Shown piece by piece: positions 41,763 through 55,598 of a stretch of 64,000 bases of DNA (the first letter of the stretch is position 1; each line of letters begins with the position of its first letter). The DNA is from Botryllus schlosseri. Lineage: Eukaryota. The stretch lies in the NCBI GenBank assembly GCA_051294905.1, contig CM119383.1, positions 5,146,001 through 5,210,000 on the forward strand. Reading direction: 5' to 3'. The position numbers were made by a program, and so were the translations under genes. A model generated the notes under the pieces. The model saw nothing but the letters and a program-made list of their open reading frames with translations. It was not told the origin of the DNA and ran no database searches.

Positions 41763-44700
41763 TCATTTCACACAAGACGTCACACTTCTCTCCACGGCTT
41801 TTGCAATTTTGACATATTCCTTCCGATAAAGGTGATTCATGTATCCATAAATGAAGGGATTCACCACTGCATGTAGCCACGATATTGCGTTGATTGTAAG
41901 TATTACGACGGCTGGCGTTTTGAACTTGAATATGCTCTGAAATAGAAGAATGATGTTTGGAAAAAAAATTGGATTACGGTCATATAAAATACTGTTGCTC
42001 ACCTGTGCCATAAAGAGTATGGATGTCGGCAGAATTAAAACTGCGTAAGCGATACATATCCATAAGCTACTGTACACCAGTTGTCTTTCTCGGGCGTGAC
42101 GGCGTTTCATTGCTTTCAATCTGTTTAATTAAAAACATGGCCAATAATCCACTGCTGAAGTCTGTTGTGTTGTCCTACTTACGAAAACTCTCTTAAATTA
42201 ATTACAGAGGACATAGTGTGTCATATGTCAAATGTCTTGAGAGGAGGCAAAGATGAGACATGTGGTTAGATGGAACATGCATTTGCCTTTGATAGCAATT
42301 AAAATCAAAAGAAGTTCATTTTGGAAGCAAATTATTACATGATCAATATATTTCATTCATGATGTTACTAGTACATCGATTTTTGTATAAAGCGTTTCTG
42401 TAGCGAACAAGAACTTCCGTGTGTCTCATCTTGTACGCAGTGTGTTCGATCACACCCTCACCGGGAGTATGTTGATGCGGTTGACCAAGGATATTTGAAG
42501 CCCAAGGAATCCTTAGTATGTTGTACAATTCAAATGAAATTTAGTATAACTAGTAGGGATCAAAGGCACTACTCTTTGAGTGGCGTGGAAATATACAAAA
42601 AGTGTCTCGTCTCATCCTGTGCCCTGTTCGTTCTATTGTCTAAATTCTTTCGAGTTCTCGTTTGATTAATTTTCTTGAATGTTGATGAAAAGGTATTGTT
42701 CTGTAAGCCATATGTCATATGCAGGCGCGTAGCCAGCCGAAAAATATGGGCGGGGTTTGAAATGAAGAGGGCGGGGTTTCGATTTTTATAGCATCAATTC
42801 ATTAGGGTTAAGTAATGCGTAAATGACGATTATACAATCGCCTCGCGTTGACGAACTTACGCGTATGATAAGCTTGCCAACGTGTCCGGAAGTGCTGTTA
42901 ATTAGCGAGTCCCTGATCTCTCGCGAACAATTGAATACGCGAGCTTTCTCAACGCGTATTACGCGCATATCAACGCATATTACGTAACCTCGGCGACGAT
43001 TTGCACAAGTCAAAATGTCCGAGTTGTTATGGAATCTGTTCTATAATGGCACCGATTTCAGGTGGTTCAATTTCAAACGTTTCTCATCTTTTATAACTCA
43101 AGCATTGACACACATCTTCCGATGGTTATGTTCAAGTAGTATATTAGCGAAAATCAATCACGTATGTACGCTAGGGCTGTTCAAAAATAACTTTTTTTCC
43201 CCGATTCAAGCCGGTCACCTCTTAAATCATCAGGTTGCAGTAGAAAACCTTGATCACCAAATTTCACTCGATTCCAACCAGTAACGGCCTCCGAAGACCC
43301 AATTAAATTTTTTAATTTATTATGGAAAATAAAAAAAAAAAATTTCCCAAATTTTTCTGCCAACCCCATGAAATTGTTGAGCTGTCTTCAAAGACGTTGC
43401 AAAACAAATTTAAGTCAATTCCGACCAGTAGAAGCGGAGTTATGTAAGTTTTTCGTTGATAAATCGCGGATTATCACCGATCAAGGATAATCCAAGGATT
43501 ATCATCGAAAAACTCACATAACTCCGCTTCTACTGGTCGGAATTGACTCAAATTAGTTTTGCAACGTCTTTGAAGACAGCTCAACAATTTCATGGGGTTG
43601 GCAGAAAAATTTGGAAATTTTTTTTTTTCAATTTTCCATAATAAATTAAAAATTTTAATTGGGTCTGCGGAAGCCGTTACTGGTTGGAATCGAGTGAAAT
43701 TTGGTGAGCAAGGTTTTCTACTGCAACCTGACGATTTAAGAGGTGACCGGCTTGAATCGGGAAAAAAAAGTTATTTTTGAACAGCCCTAATGTACGCACG
43801 TACATGTTTGCGGTCGATTGCGGACATTCGATGACATTAGTTGAGCGATGTCACTCTTTAATCACAATCGCAAATCCGCATACAATCCATCGAGAGATAG
43901 GAGCCAAAGCATGCTAGCCTGAGACGCGATCGTTAGGCTAGCGATGATATCTTTCGTATCAGGCATATTGCGGATGCGGTTGTTGCGTAAGCCAACGATG
44001 ATATGGTGCGCGCCAGGCAAAGCAGATGCGATTGTGCAGGCGATGGCATAGTTCGCACCGGGCCTATTGCAGATGCGGTTCTTCAAGCTAGTAGAACTAG
44101 GCTTGTTAGAGACGTGATAAATCAGGCTAGCAACGATTGCCGAACGCGCGCCAATCGATGACTTAATTTCGCAATCATCTCAGCGAGATCGATTCTCGTT
44201 AGTTTTTGCCGCTTGCGCGTGGCCTGGCTGTGGTAAAGGAATTTAGCAAAAAAATGTTAGCGTAGATTGAAGAATGCCGTTTGAATACAGTGTTTTACAG
44301 TGTTCCGATAACCTGTTGCTATTTCTTTGTTCTTTATTGATATTAAGCCGTCAAATTGTAGATCAAAGTTGTGTTGCCGTGTATCGCTGAATGCGTGAGA
44401 TTAAGCATCCAATTGTTGAAGCATAGACCTAATAGAGTTCTAGATTTGATGAGATCGCGGACCACGCGACAATTATGAATTACGCGTCGCCAGTGAGGTG
44501 AATACTGCAATACATCCGATATTATTAATATTGATTACGCGCGTTCATAAAAGCGACGCGACGAATTGTAGCTACACTGTGACTGTGATTACATTATACG
44601 ACGATATAATATCCTTGTCTCCCTTGCACGCACGTGAAAAAAGCCCTCTCTCGTCTACTGTGCACACGAGAGAAGACGCGAGAAAAAAGCCATCCTATGT

Positions 44701-47700
44701 ATCGGTCATACATAAATCATTGCGCAAGAGCTTTCAACAAATTAGCTAGTGCTACCGACGAAATATTGAAATGCATCGACGGGGGTTTCGCGTAAATGGA
44801 AGGGGTTTCGCGTTTCAAAAGTCGGGGGTTTCGACCCCCGAAACCCCCCCTCTGGCTACGCGCCTGGTCATATGTATTTTTTCTCTGTAACATATTTCCA
44901 AGACAAGTTGCTGACCATAAACTCTAATCTATTCCTGCTATTCCTGTGTTATGACTTAGATCCACCCATTAAAATCATTTTAAGCTGCGTTAAGCGATTA
45001 TGAGATAACTTTCTCACCAAGTCCCACACACGCACCAATCTCACCTTTGTCTGCGTTTGGTTGTCTTCCCTTTTCGACTTCTTTGGTCTTGAATTCGCTT
45101 TGCGATCGTCCCCGATTTCGCGTGGTTTTCCGATGATAAAATCTCGTTTTGTTGTAAAGTAGGCAATGAAGTGCACAGTGCTTTGTCGGCGGCGGTTAAT
45201 CTACTCACGACGCTGTTTGGGTGAAGAAATTTAGCGCTCTCGGTTGTGACTCTGAAACTACCGCCGTTTTCGCGTCTTGTGACATGCTTTTTATACTTAG
45301 CGCCGACTGTGAATGCACGGTGCATTGACGGCGATGATTCGACGCTTACGGGCTCTTGTGCTTCGTCGAGCTTTTCCGGAATGTATTCTTTCACGATTGA
45401 AGAGTTCTTTCGTGAAATCTGCATCAGTTCTTCCGGCGACGGCATTGTCGGAGCGCTCAGTGACTTTTTACGTCTGAGGTTTTTCGTGGTTTCGTCCATG
45501 TTCCGCATTACAACTGGTGTTTTATGGTCGCTTTCTTTTGTAATTTTTTCGTCGTCGGTCGTAATATCAATCGTATGGCTGCCACGATCTTCGACTTGAT
45601 CTTTTGGTGTTTTTTCTTTACTTTTAGTTCGAAATAACATCTGCCATAATGACCCTCGTCGTTTCGCTTTTATAGATTTGGCGTTAGGTGACGGTGTCCG
45701 TAACGGCGTCATTGCCGATGTGTGAGAGTGATTGTCAGACATTACATTTCTTTGTTTCGCGGTCACCATTTCTCGGTCGCTCGGGCCCGAATCGCTGTGG
45801 TACCCTTGCATGCTTCCATCTGGATATAATATATGTGATAGTGAATTGATAACTTTTATTAATATTTCATAGCAAAATACGACCGAGTACCTAGCAACTA
45901 CCGTTTCGTAGTTGCGTCGTTGTTAGAGATATATTCAGTATCTTATACTTTCAATGATCAGTGGTCTATGTGCCGAGATTCAATTACCATTAAAAACAGG
46001 GTGAGTTGGTGCTTTGAAAAGATCGTTTTGAGGTGAATTAAATATCAGTGTTATTAAAGATGATGTGTCTGTCATGGATTGAAATATGCTGTCTGCAGTG
46101 TGGTGTTTTTGGACAGTTTTCAGTATTCAGGCTGACTTTTCTACTGCACTACATGGTGAAGTGCGTTTGAGGCAACTCCTGGGATGATTTCCATCATTAT
46201 AATTCTTGAAATTACAAACATTGACTAATATTGACAGTCAGCACTGTCACTAAATATCGTTTTGTGTGCGTCTTTGTAGCGCCTTTGGTAATTCTGCGGT
46301 ATTTCTCGGCAAGTTGCTGTTAGCCATTTATAGACTGTGGTCCTTGGTAGTTTTGTATCCTTGTGCTTGCTATAGAAACAGATTCTTTGTGGTACAGAAC
46401 TTCAGTAGACAATTGAATACGCCTAATATATTCATATGGGAAGGAAGCCAAATCATTTCGGCTGTCACTCGTCATGGGTAATCGTCAGCAACCAGTACAG
46501 AATGGAGAAGAACATTGTATATCAACAATTGTATCAAAAAATATGACTTGATGTGACAAGTATGACTATTTCTTCAAGCAATCTCGCAAAACATTCCTCA
46601 TTCCAATTTTCTGTGTCATAGTAGATTTGCATTGCAAGATTACTTTCAAATTTTTAGTACGAGTTTTATTGACAGTGGCGATACTGGCGGGTTGTGACAG
46701 ACTTACCTTTGGCTGGTCTGAAATTAAATCCTCCGCTGATGATGCTATCTGGTCTGTAGTCTTCGATGCCTTCCTCGCCACTTGTCGTGTGAATCTCTAC
46801 TTTTGGATCCTTGCTCAAAGTCCCGGATCCTACAACATATCAAGTTGTCTCTCGTACCGTATCCATATGGCAATATGTAATTGCACGTAACTATACTCAC
46901 GTCGATGCGATGTTGCAGAGCTTCTGAAGCTCGCCTTCTTGTGAATTTTTATCTTTTTCTGTACCTGCTTCACTTTCTCGATAATCGCAGAGTAGAGAGT
47001 TATCAATGTTATCAAGCCGCCGGCTTGATAGACGATGTTCAGTATCATGTTGTAAATGCTGTGAGTGGATAATGTGACATAGATGAGGAAAAATTCGATG
47101 CTGGGACTAAACTTTTGTAGATATTCACCCTACTGCGTTAGTGTCCGACCTGATTGAGCATCTTAAAGACGTGTTACTCCACTGTATGTTTCCTCCTGAA
47201 ATCGATTTGAGATTTATGTGTCTTTCATCATGAAGCCGATTGCCTTATTAAATCGAGCCTTGCTAAACAAGGTTGATTTCACTCACCTACTGCTAATGGA
47301 ATGTAAAGTATTGGTGATGTTATCCATATGCTTGCCACCCATAAGCGCAATCTATTACCGGTGAACAGGCCCTGGTATCTAAAATAAAACGTCAAAGTTA
47401 CCGGGCATATGTCCAAGGCACCATACATAATGTGGCCGTTCTGCGTTGTTCTGTTTTGACTCGATAGTTTGCAGCGGTATGATTGTATTATCAACTGTGA
47501 CTTGTGCAAGTCACTGCATGCTTTATGTTATAAAATTTCCGTGGCCTCTGTGTTGTGAGTCATGTTGGCATCAGAGCCAAGCAATGTCGTCAATGGGGTC
47601 CTATTTGTAGAAATTCATAGCATGAACTGGTTGATACGACTTTGACAGCATACTGCTATCTCATGTTTTCAGTATGAATTCAAACTAAAAGTATATCTAC

Positions 47701-50354
47701 ATTCTTCCATCACGCTAGTAAAATAATATTATTAGTGCATACGAGGATACAACGCTCTGTTTCCATAATTGAATCACAACTGATGATTTTCTGTATATAT
47801 GATTGATAATAGTCAGTATTATACTACAGCTAAATCGATTAATTTAAGAACTACTTTTGTGGTTGATTCCATCAATCTGACATTAGGTATGGTGAATATC
47901 TAGTCAACTCACCTTTTTGTATCAACGATTCCAATGTATCTGTTGATTGCTATAGCGACAAGATTATGTAGGGATGCAGTGAAAGAGCAATAATATAAAT
48001 ATCCGGAAATTGTGCAAAGCGCGTTGGGATACAATTTTTCCTGAAATAAAATACAAGTTGTTATGTGATAAGTGATACCAACTTGTCCAGCTTCATAGTA
48101 AATTTAGATTCAGGTATGAAACTGAGTTGAAATTGAAGAACTTTGCTATGGTTGGATCTGGGCATTATGCCTTTACTTTTTGATGTGACTGAATCAATTA
48201 CACCCCGAACTTGAAATTTGTGGTCCATCAAATACACACTTTCATGATATAGATCACAATTCCATTTCTGCATAGTAACAGTCACAGGTGTGATAAATAA
48301 TTCATTCTGTCAAGTTGTGTAATAGGAAGGAAGCCATGAGACAGCAAGCTGGGCATGCTTAAATATATTGGACGACACACTCCATTCCAATTATGGTGTG
48401 TGACTAATACACGATATGGATCCCTGGAGAAAGTAAGGTCGTTGCAGTGCAATCTTTTTACGCTTGCTTTGCGGTGACAGGTGCCACCGTTTCAAGTTCC
48501 AAAGTATCAATTCAGTAGTGAGCATACAAATTCCCAATGTATTTGTACCAACAAACATTAGTACTCGAATTACTGCTTTGGCACAAGCCTTGTTTTGGGA
48601 ACTTACAGTCTGATGGCACCACAACACATAGGAATTCCAATTGAAACTCCCGATTGATGCTTATTGGAAACGCAAATCTCAATTGCATATATATCTATAT
48701 ATGGTAGTCCGGTAAAATAAAGAAGCAGGGTCAGATTCAAACTAGGTAGTAGGTACCACACTAAAGTTTACTGTGCTACTGATCTTGTCAGCTGGGGCCG
48801 CTGATTGTGGCCAGTCTAAATTAGGGATTTGTTGGACATTGGACTGGATCAGACCCCGAAGATCCCATTGTGTACTATATTGAATCTGCAGTCGTCACTC
48901 CTTATATTTATTCCCTATCCCCACTGTTATCATAGCACAATCTATGTAATTAAATTCTTGGATAAAATAAGAGTACGATTCCAAAGTGAGAAAGCACTTA
49001 CCATACTGATCATTCCTGGTAGTTGCAGTGGGATTATAACAAGTGAAAATAGCAATTCAACGCAGCATAAGTTTGCGATGAGCACGTTAAACGAGGTTTG
49101 GAGGTTTCTGTTACTTTTGTAAGCCCACACTGTGAGTCCGTTTCCAGCAGTTCCCAAAATTACCACCAAAAACGCGATTCCAACTGCCAAGAATCGCAAG
49201 TCACCTGAAAACGAAATTTGCTAGTCAATGCACTGGTGATTTTATTGCCATGTTTTGGTAAAGAAAATTATCGAGATACCATTGCTACATGAAATGAAAC
49301 GAGCTGGAATAAGGTAAATGCTTTAAGTTGGCTGGAGTGACCAATCAAGAAAATCAGAAACACTTGCTTAGTTATATTATATATGAATTATAATCATACT
49401 CGGAAGGACCTCTCTCATTAGGCTGTGAACTTAAAATGCTTTAGTTTTGTTCTGGAACTGTGATATCAGCTCAGTTTTGCAACTGTCAAGACATGTGTCT
49501 ACCCATGAAATACCTTGAATAGTGAAATATCACACGACATCTTAGGTACATTCTTGAGTGTTGATCAAGTTCCAGCCTCTCAAGGATTTTTAGGGGGAAA
49601 CCTTGTAATTATAGAACATCCTGACCATTGTACTTGCTAATTTTATTGATATCAACTCCTGCCTGTTGTTGATTTTTTTATTCTACCAGCTCAAAGCTCT
49701 GCATGGTTGCGATAGGGGCCTACATAAAAATCAAGCTATATTTAGGTGCACACGTCAAGAAGTTGAAAACAGATACTGTTGTGGAGCTGTTTCAAATCAA
49801 ATTACACCCGCTGACTCATGATATAAATGAAAGTGACATAGATAGTTATCAGATAAGCAATTCTGAAGAGTTTCTTGGAGCTATAGAACTTCAATATACA
49901 ATTGAATACTGTATTCATATGGAAATGAACCCGAATATTTCCGGCTGACATTCGTCAGGGGTAATCGGGACCAACTAGTGAAGAGTTGGAAAGAACATTG
50001 AATCTTTACACATTGTGTCAGCCGAAAACGTTCGGGTTCATTTCAATATGAATCTACTATACTATTCAATTATAAGCCATTCTAAAGCACATCAGATCGG
50101 ACATTGCAAAATTGCAATATGTAAGTGAAATTACATGCAGCGATACAGTAAATCCATACGATCATCTACTCAGCAAGTCTTGCAAGTAAATAAACTGCTA
50201 ATTTACAGCCCACAATATTTTTAAGACCTCGCAATTGTGGTCCTATTTACTTACCAGGATTTGGATCGACTTGAACAAAATTACTTGTATTCAGCATGAC
50301 GGTTGTGGCTTGTTCTTCCAGTGTCAAACCAATACTTCTCCCGTTGTCAGGCAT
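41763..50354 (-). CDS. Class A (rhodopsin-like) GPCR, GPR84/Tre1/moody-like, about 645 aa. Exons 50354-50255, 49204-49002, 48040-47913, 47378-47287, 47195-47129, 47058-46901, 46829-46707, 45819-45045, 42120-42003, 41936-41763
   Basis: TM1 GTAGNGLT; TM2 LIANLCCVELL; TM3 LCTISGY..IAINRY; TM4 W; ECL2 Cys; TM5 ..LY; TM6 LP; TM7 NPFIYGYMN..YRKEY. All junctions are GT-AG and in phase (1938 nt). The subfamily call is inferred from NRY and NPxIYxxMNxxYR. Confidence 0.88.
42722..44866. mobile_element. hAT-like non-autonomous element, 2145 bp, TIR CAGGCGCGTAGCCAG, in GPCR intron 8
   Basis: 15-bp perfect TIRs; perfect 8-bp TSD GTCATATG (42714-42721 and 44867-44874); subterminal GGGGTTTCG motifs at both ends; no transposase-like ORF. 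Confidence 0.92.
43172..43789. mobile_element. Fold-back MITE (family 2 variant), 618 bp, nested in the 42722-44866 element
   Basis: TAGGGCTGTTCAAAAATAAC...GTTATTTTTGAACAGCCCTA; arms of about 285 bp; perfect TSD ATGTACGC. Confidence 0.93.
46385..46560 (-). repeat. Long Penelope-like terminal repeat copy, sense to the GPCR
   Basis: Reverse strand: gtcatattttttgatacaattgttgatatacaatgttctt...gttgctgacgattacccatgacgagtgacagccgaaa...attcaattgtctactgaagttctgtacc. Confidence 0.7.
49865..50085. repeat. Inverted pair of Penelope-like terminal repeats (minus about 49865-49995, plus about 50017-50085)
   Basis: Minus: accc CTGACGA atgtcagcc GGAA atat TC gggtt; plus: gtgtcagcc GAAA acgt TC gggttc. Confidence 0.72.
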
Positions 50355-53300
50355 TTTTTATTATTTCCGAATTATTATATCTAAATACAGATATTTAAAT
50401 ACAAAGATAGTACACACGGTCAATTGCTATTCTGACATTGTCATACTGATCCATTGTATTGCTATGATCAATATGGTCGGTGAATTTATTTTTCTACCGC
50501 ATTTCAATACATCACGTCACATCCTGTAAGTGTAATGACGTCACCCGGCGTCGTTATGCATTTGTTGTAGGGCATAATCCTATCATTGAGTTGCTCCATC
50601 AAAATTCTCTAATGACATTTTGTCGTAAGAGAATTAGCATGTGCAATTTGTCAATTAACAGTTTGCTTCCGAAAGATGCTACTGACTTATTTGCAATATT
50701 ATATGATCATATAAGGTCTTAACCCTAAACAATTCTAAAATATTAGTTTGATAGATGTGCGAGATGAAACTAAACTGTCTTTTACTATTAACTGAATAAC
50801 CACCTGCATACAGTGTGGTCATATTGTATTAGATTTATATTGCAATTCCAGCATTCACTTTGTCTACCTACATGCTCAGATTGTATTAGTCTATTGATTT
50901 CTGATCCTCAGGAAGGAAGTAGATGCATATGCATCTGCTCTACAGAAGAAGCTGTCTACCTGCCACGTTTGATCTCTGATTAATGTGATCTATCATTCTG
51001 TTCCGCTAGTGTTATTAATAAAGTAAGTTTCAAGTATGATTCACGCCAATACGACACACGCGCAGCGTTATTCAGAGAAAGGCAAGGCCACGGCTATTGT
51101 TGTCGCGGACCCGGTCACATGTTTCACCGTTTGGTTGAAATGCATTGGCGGTTGCGGCGGTTTAAAATTTTGTGTTTGTAAATTAGTACTTAACTTGAAA
51201 TTATATCACATGGTATTTGGAAAAATCATGGGATAAGGTGCTAAAGTTTAATACTGGATAGCCAGATTAGTTTAACATTCAATGCTATTTGAAAGTTTAC
51301 ACTAGTATTCTATACCTATTAATGAATAGATATGGCATTGAATTGTTTTACTATTGCATAAAATTTTCAAAATCAATATGCTATTGGGTTTTAAAACTAA
51401 ATAATATGTGAGACCAATGAACTTCTACCTTAATACTCTTCAAAGCACTCGATTTTTACTTCTACTGGAGGCAGATATGACAACACCCACTTCTACTTGT
51501 GTAACTTTGAAAATTTCTATCATTTCTTTACATTTCTATTGAATCATGAAAATCCTGCGTTCAACAGGCCTTCTATTACTGTTACTGCAAAAATATCCTG
51601 CATTCATTACCCACTCAACATTCCCGATATAAATTTAAACTTCACATTATTACATTTTCCAATTCCTGATGCAATCTGTAGCATCATTTCCTGTGTCCTG
51701 AAATATTGAATTTCAGGTCCCATACTATGATGAGACAAATATTTCGATAAAACCAACTGCAGAGGATGTGTGTCAACTAAACGTCAAAAACAATTTTTGC
51801 GTCTTCACATATGCTAAATTTGAATATCCGAGCACCCTGCGCTATCGTTTACGTCACGATGACACTGCTGGTCTATGTTTAGGCCCAGCTGCTATTCTTC
51901 TCGAGTTACTACGTCATGAGCATGGGCAGAGTGTATTGGTGCATGCCGGTATACTTATAACGAAAGTCTTGAAAAGTTTCCCTTGACTCATGTCTTGTTA
52001 ATTTCGAATCGTGCAGATTTCTTAACAAGAATTAAGAAACGCACTCATGTCACACTCTGTTACCATGCTTATAAAGTGTTTTATCATTTGACGGACGTAA
52101 TAGAATTGATGTTATGCCAGCACTTCCGAGTTAGGGAAACTCCAAGAAATGAGAGATTGATGTTAACTGATATTTTATGTCGGTGGCAGCTCATGATTAT
52201 TGAAACTAATCTTCGATGTCTACAACTTCATATTTTCAATAATTTCTTAGTAATACATTTTTTCTAAGTAACGTAAAGATACCAAAATTCATTTAGCATC
52301 TGAAACTGGAATTTAAAGATTATTGTAATTGTTGCAATCATAAAATCATATGCATTTTATGTGCCACGTAATTCTATCATTTTATTTTCAGTGCCTGTCG
52401 GCTGCCGTTACTTTATTGTAATATGGTATAACTGTTTCCAAAATAAGCCTTTAATCACACACAGACCAATACTGATATACCATCGTAGGATCATTGGTAC
52501 GATGTCATATTATGACGCCCAAGTGCCAAAAACCAGAATACCTTTTATTGAATTATTATATGACACTTGTTACAAAACACATTGCCATGCGTATAGCCAA
52601 GGTCATGTCCTGCATTCATGAAATGTTCCCAAAAAGTGTGACTACATCTCATACATCTGCCATATATAGGGTGCAAATCAATGGGAAAATTACCAAAAAC
52701 AAACAGGATTTTTACTAATATCACAGTCATAATTCTAAATAGTCTTCGGAAACATTGCAGTTTTTTCATCATTGCAATTGTGATGGGGTAATTTCCGAAG
52801 TAGCACATTATGTTAACAATAAAACAAAAGATATTAAAGTAAACCTATATTAACTGGTACTTGGTAAATTTCAATTCAGACATTGGCTTCTTGCTCAGAT
52901 ATATCAGAAATGTCATATACGATACAGTATTTCTGACTGAACTGGCTGTTGGCAAGAATCTGTGATATTTAATCCAAACAGTGATATGTCACAAGGCTAT
53001 TACTAGAGATATTCCAGACATGTCAGTTTAACGCCAATACACACTGAAACTCGAGTTGTTCACATTCATACTTTTAGATACGGCAGCTTTCAATGTTTGT
53101 AAGATAGTAATCCTTTTGAACATGAAATTCATGCAAGATATGAGTAAAGATGCGCCTATGTAATTGTTTGACTTTGAAAATTATTTTTATTTCCTGAAAT
53201 CTCATTTAGCTATGATAATTTGTAGGCTTACATTTTTTGAAGATATTCTGAGACCTGTCCTTCACTTGTGCAAATTTCTGAATAATGATCATTGTTAAAT

Positions 53301-55598
53301 TATCAGACTCACCTAATTGTTATAATTGTTTCATGGAAACTACTAGATGAAACTGAGCTTCACATGCTAGGTCGCCACTTTGATCACAATCTAATTCAAT
53401 TTCCGTGAGCTTTTGTCACATCGAACGTTCTTCCTCATTGGGCTCAGTTTTCGGTACTTCCTATCGACTAAATTGTACAGTACACTTCGTTTTATTTTTG
53501 GCTAACGTAAATTGACGACAGGCGTAATTGCTTATATTATTATGTCTCGGTGTAAGAAATAAATATTGATTAGTGATTAAGTGTGATGATTCCAAAGTGC
53601 CTGATAGTGATAGAAATTTCTAACTGCTTCTTCTCCTCTCAAATATATTTTTCATTTTGATTAAATGGTTGATGGCGTGTGGTCATAATTAACGTCATTC
53701 TGAAACAGAACTGCATTGGTGTATATGTGTCCAGGACATAGGCTATTAATCGAAGAAGGATCTTAGGTGTACACGTTGTAGCCAGAACTGCCATCGAGAT
53801 AGGATCACAATAGCATCACATTGCCAAAAGCCCTCAATATCCTTTGATCAACTTGCATGTAAACGATGAATTTGCGACATGCTAGTTATTAAAAGCTATG
53901 AGATGACTTCAAAACGTTTAACTACTGCCGCAGTTCTGATATTCTGCCGTGATAATCAGGTCACTAACGTCACTTGGTTGACTAATTTAAAATAAAAGAA
54001 TAGCAACCGCTTATATACATGATCCCTATTTAGCAAATATATTTTTGAACTCACTCTATGTTAGGTTTATGATTCATTTTTCTGGCGTTATGTTCTCATG
54101 TCACTTGCTCTACATGCCTAGGATTAATTAATTGGGCCGAGTTATTTATACTCTAACAATCACATGTCAGAGAAATAAATATTCCTTCCTCTTACGTTGC
54201 CAATCAACGCTAAACTTATCACTGTGGAAGCGTATCATAAATGCACCATATTTCTGCCCTGACTGTGGAAGACTGAAATAAATCTGATGACAACCTTTTA
54301 TTCCTGCCATGCCTTACTTCTGTCAACCCTAACCACGAGCACGTGAAATCTTGAGGATTTCATGTCACATGAATGGACTAATGTTTCTGGCTATATAATA
54401 TTCCATGACTGTGTGGTTTTGTCATCTTTTGCGTTCGGGGAAACCCTCTCTCTTTTCGTGAGATATGGAAATGATGTCATAATCCTATCAATTGATGAAG
54501 GCACAATATAATTGTTCCTTGAAAATATGAACCTCGCTTCAATATATACATTTTAGTAATGCAATGAATATATTACTAAAATGTATGTTAAAGTTTTGTA
54601 CCCCAAAAAGTCTCTTCGAACCTCGCTTCATTTTACTAAATTCTGATATATATTCACAGCTGGATTTTTATAAACTTTAATTGACCATTTAGCCATGGAC
54701 TTAATTATTGCTTGCCAATACTATAATAATTTCACATATCACACAATACAGATCTTTCATCCACATACTCGTGTTTCCATAACGAAATCGAATGTGAAAT
54801 GTGAGATTATCACATTATCGTATATAGGCATCCTTGCACCGGCGTCGACGTAAACATATTTGTCACGTCTTATGCGATGTGTGAATCACGTTCAGTGACA
54901 CAATTTCATTTGAGGAAAAAATTTGCGATGCCATTCTTTGTTGCAGCTCAACATCTTTGATTTTATTCATTCTTTCCGATAGTTTGTTAAGCAATAAATC
55001 AATGGCTCCGGTTTCGAATGTTGTTGGTTATGCTACGACAGAATTCTTACCGCCTTTCCCACTCCAATCTATGTTGTGATATGTGCATTGTGCAAGTTAT
55101 AGCAACAGTTATTAGTATATAGATGCTATTGACTTACATAATATTCTACCATCCCATTGTTGACCTTTGATGTTCCATCTCCCGAATTGGCAATGATGAT
55201 TGTCATGGAAATCATTATGATTATGGCATTAGGTTGCTAAATGATCGGGTTCTGATCAATTCACTTGGCATGGCATAATTGGATAGTTTATACTTGCTGT
55301 CTTGACGTAATAAGCTGTAAGATAAAATTTAACCTTAACATCTGCAGGTTAAATTGCGCTATAAGAGGTTATGTCTTGAAATTAGAAGCTTCTCAAAAGC
55401 TTTGTACTACTTGAGTTTCATTATAATATTTGTTTTTGTTACAAAAACCCTACGTGATTGTATCCAAATGACCTACATCACGATGATACAGATACTGATA
55501 CATATCGTGATATGCACTACTATGTCAGTATGTTGTTTGCACGGATGTTCAAAGCACGTTTTGTGTTTCCTGTTCCAGATACTGTGGCCCTATCATGC

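Noticed and set aside
43181-43780. Two near-identical 62-aa ORFs (MGLAEKFG...) on the minus/plus arms
   Set aside because: A by-product of the fold-back MITE palindrome.
45041-45811. 256-aa ORF as a stand-alone orphan gene
   Set aside because: It has a phase-compatible acceptor (45819) and donor (45045) linking TM5 and TM6 exons of the GPCR.
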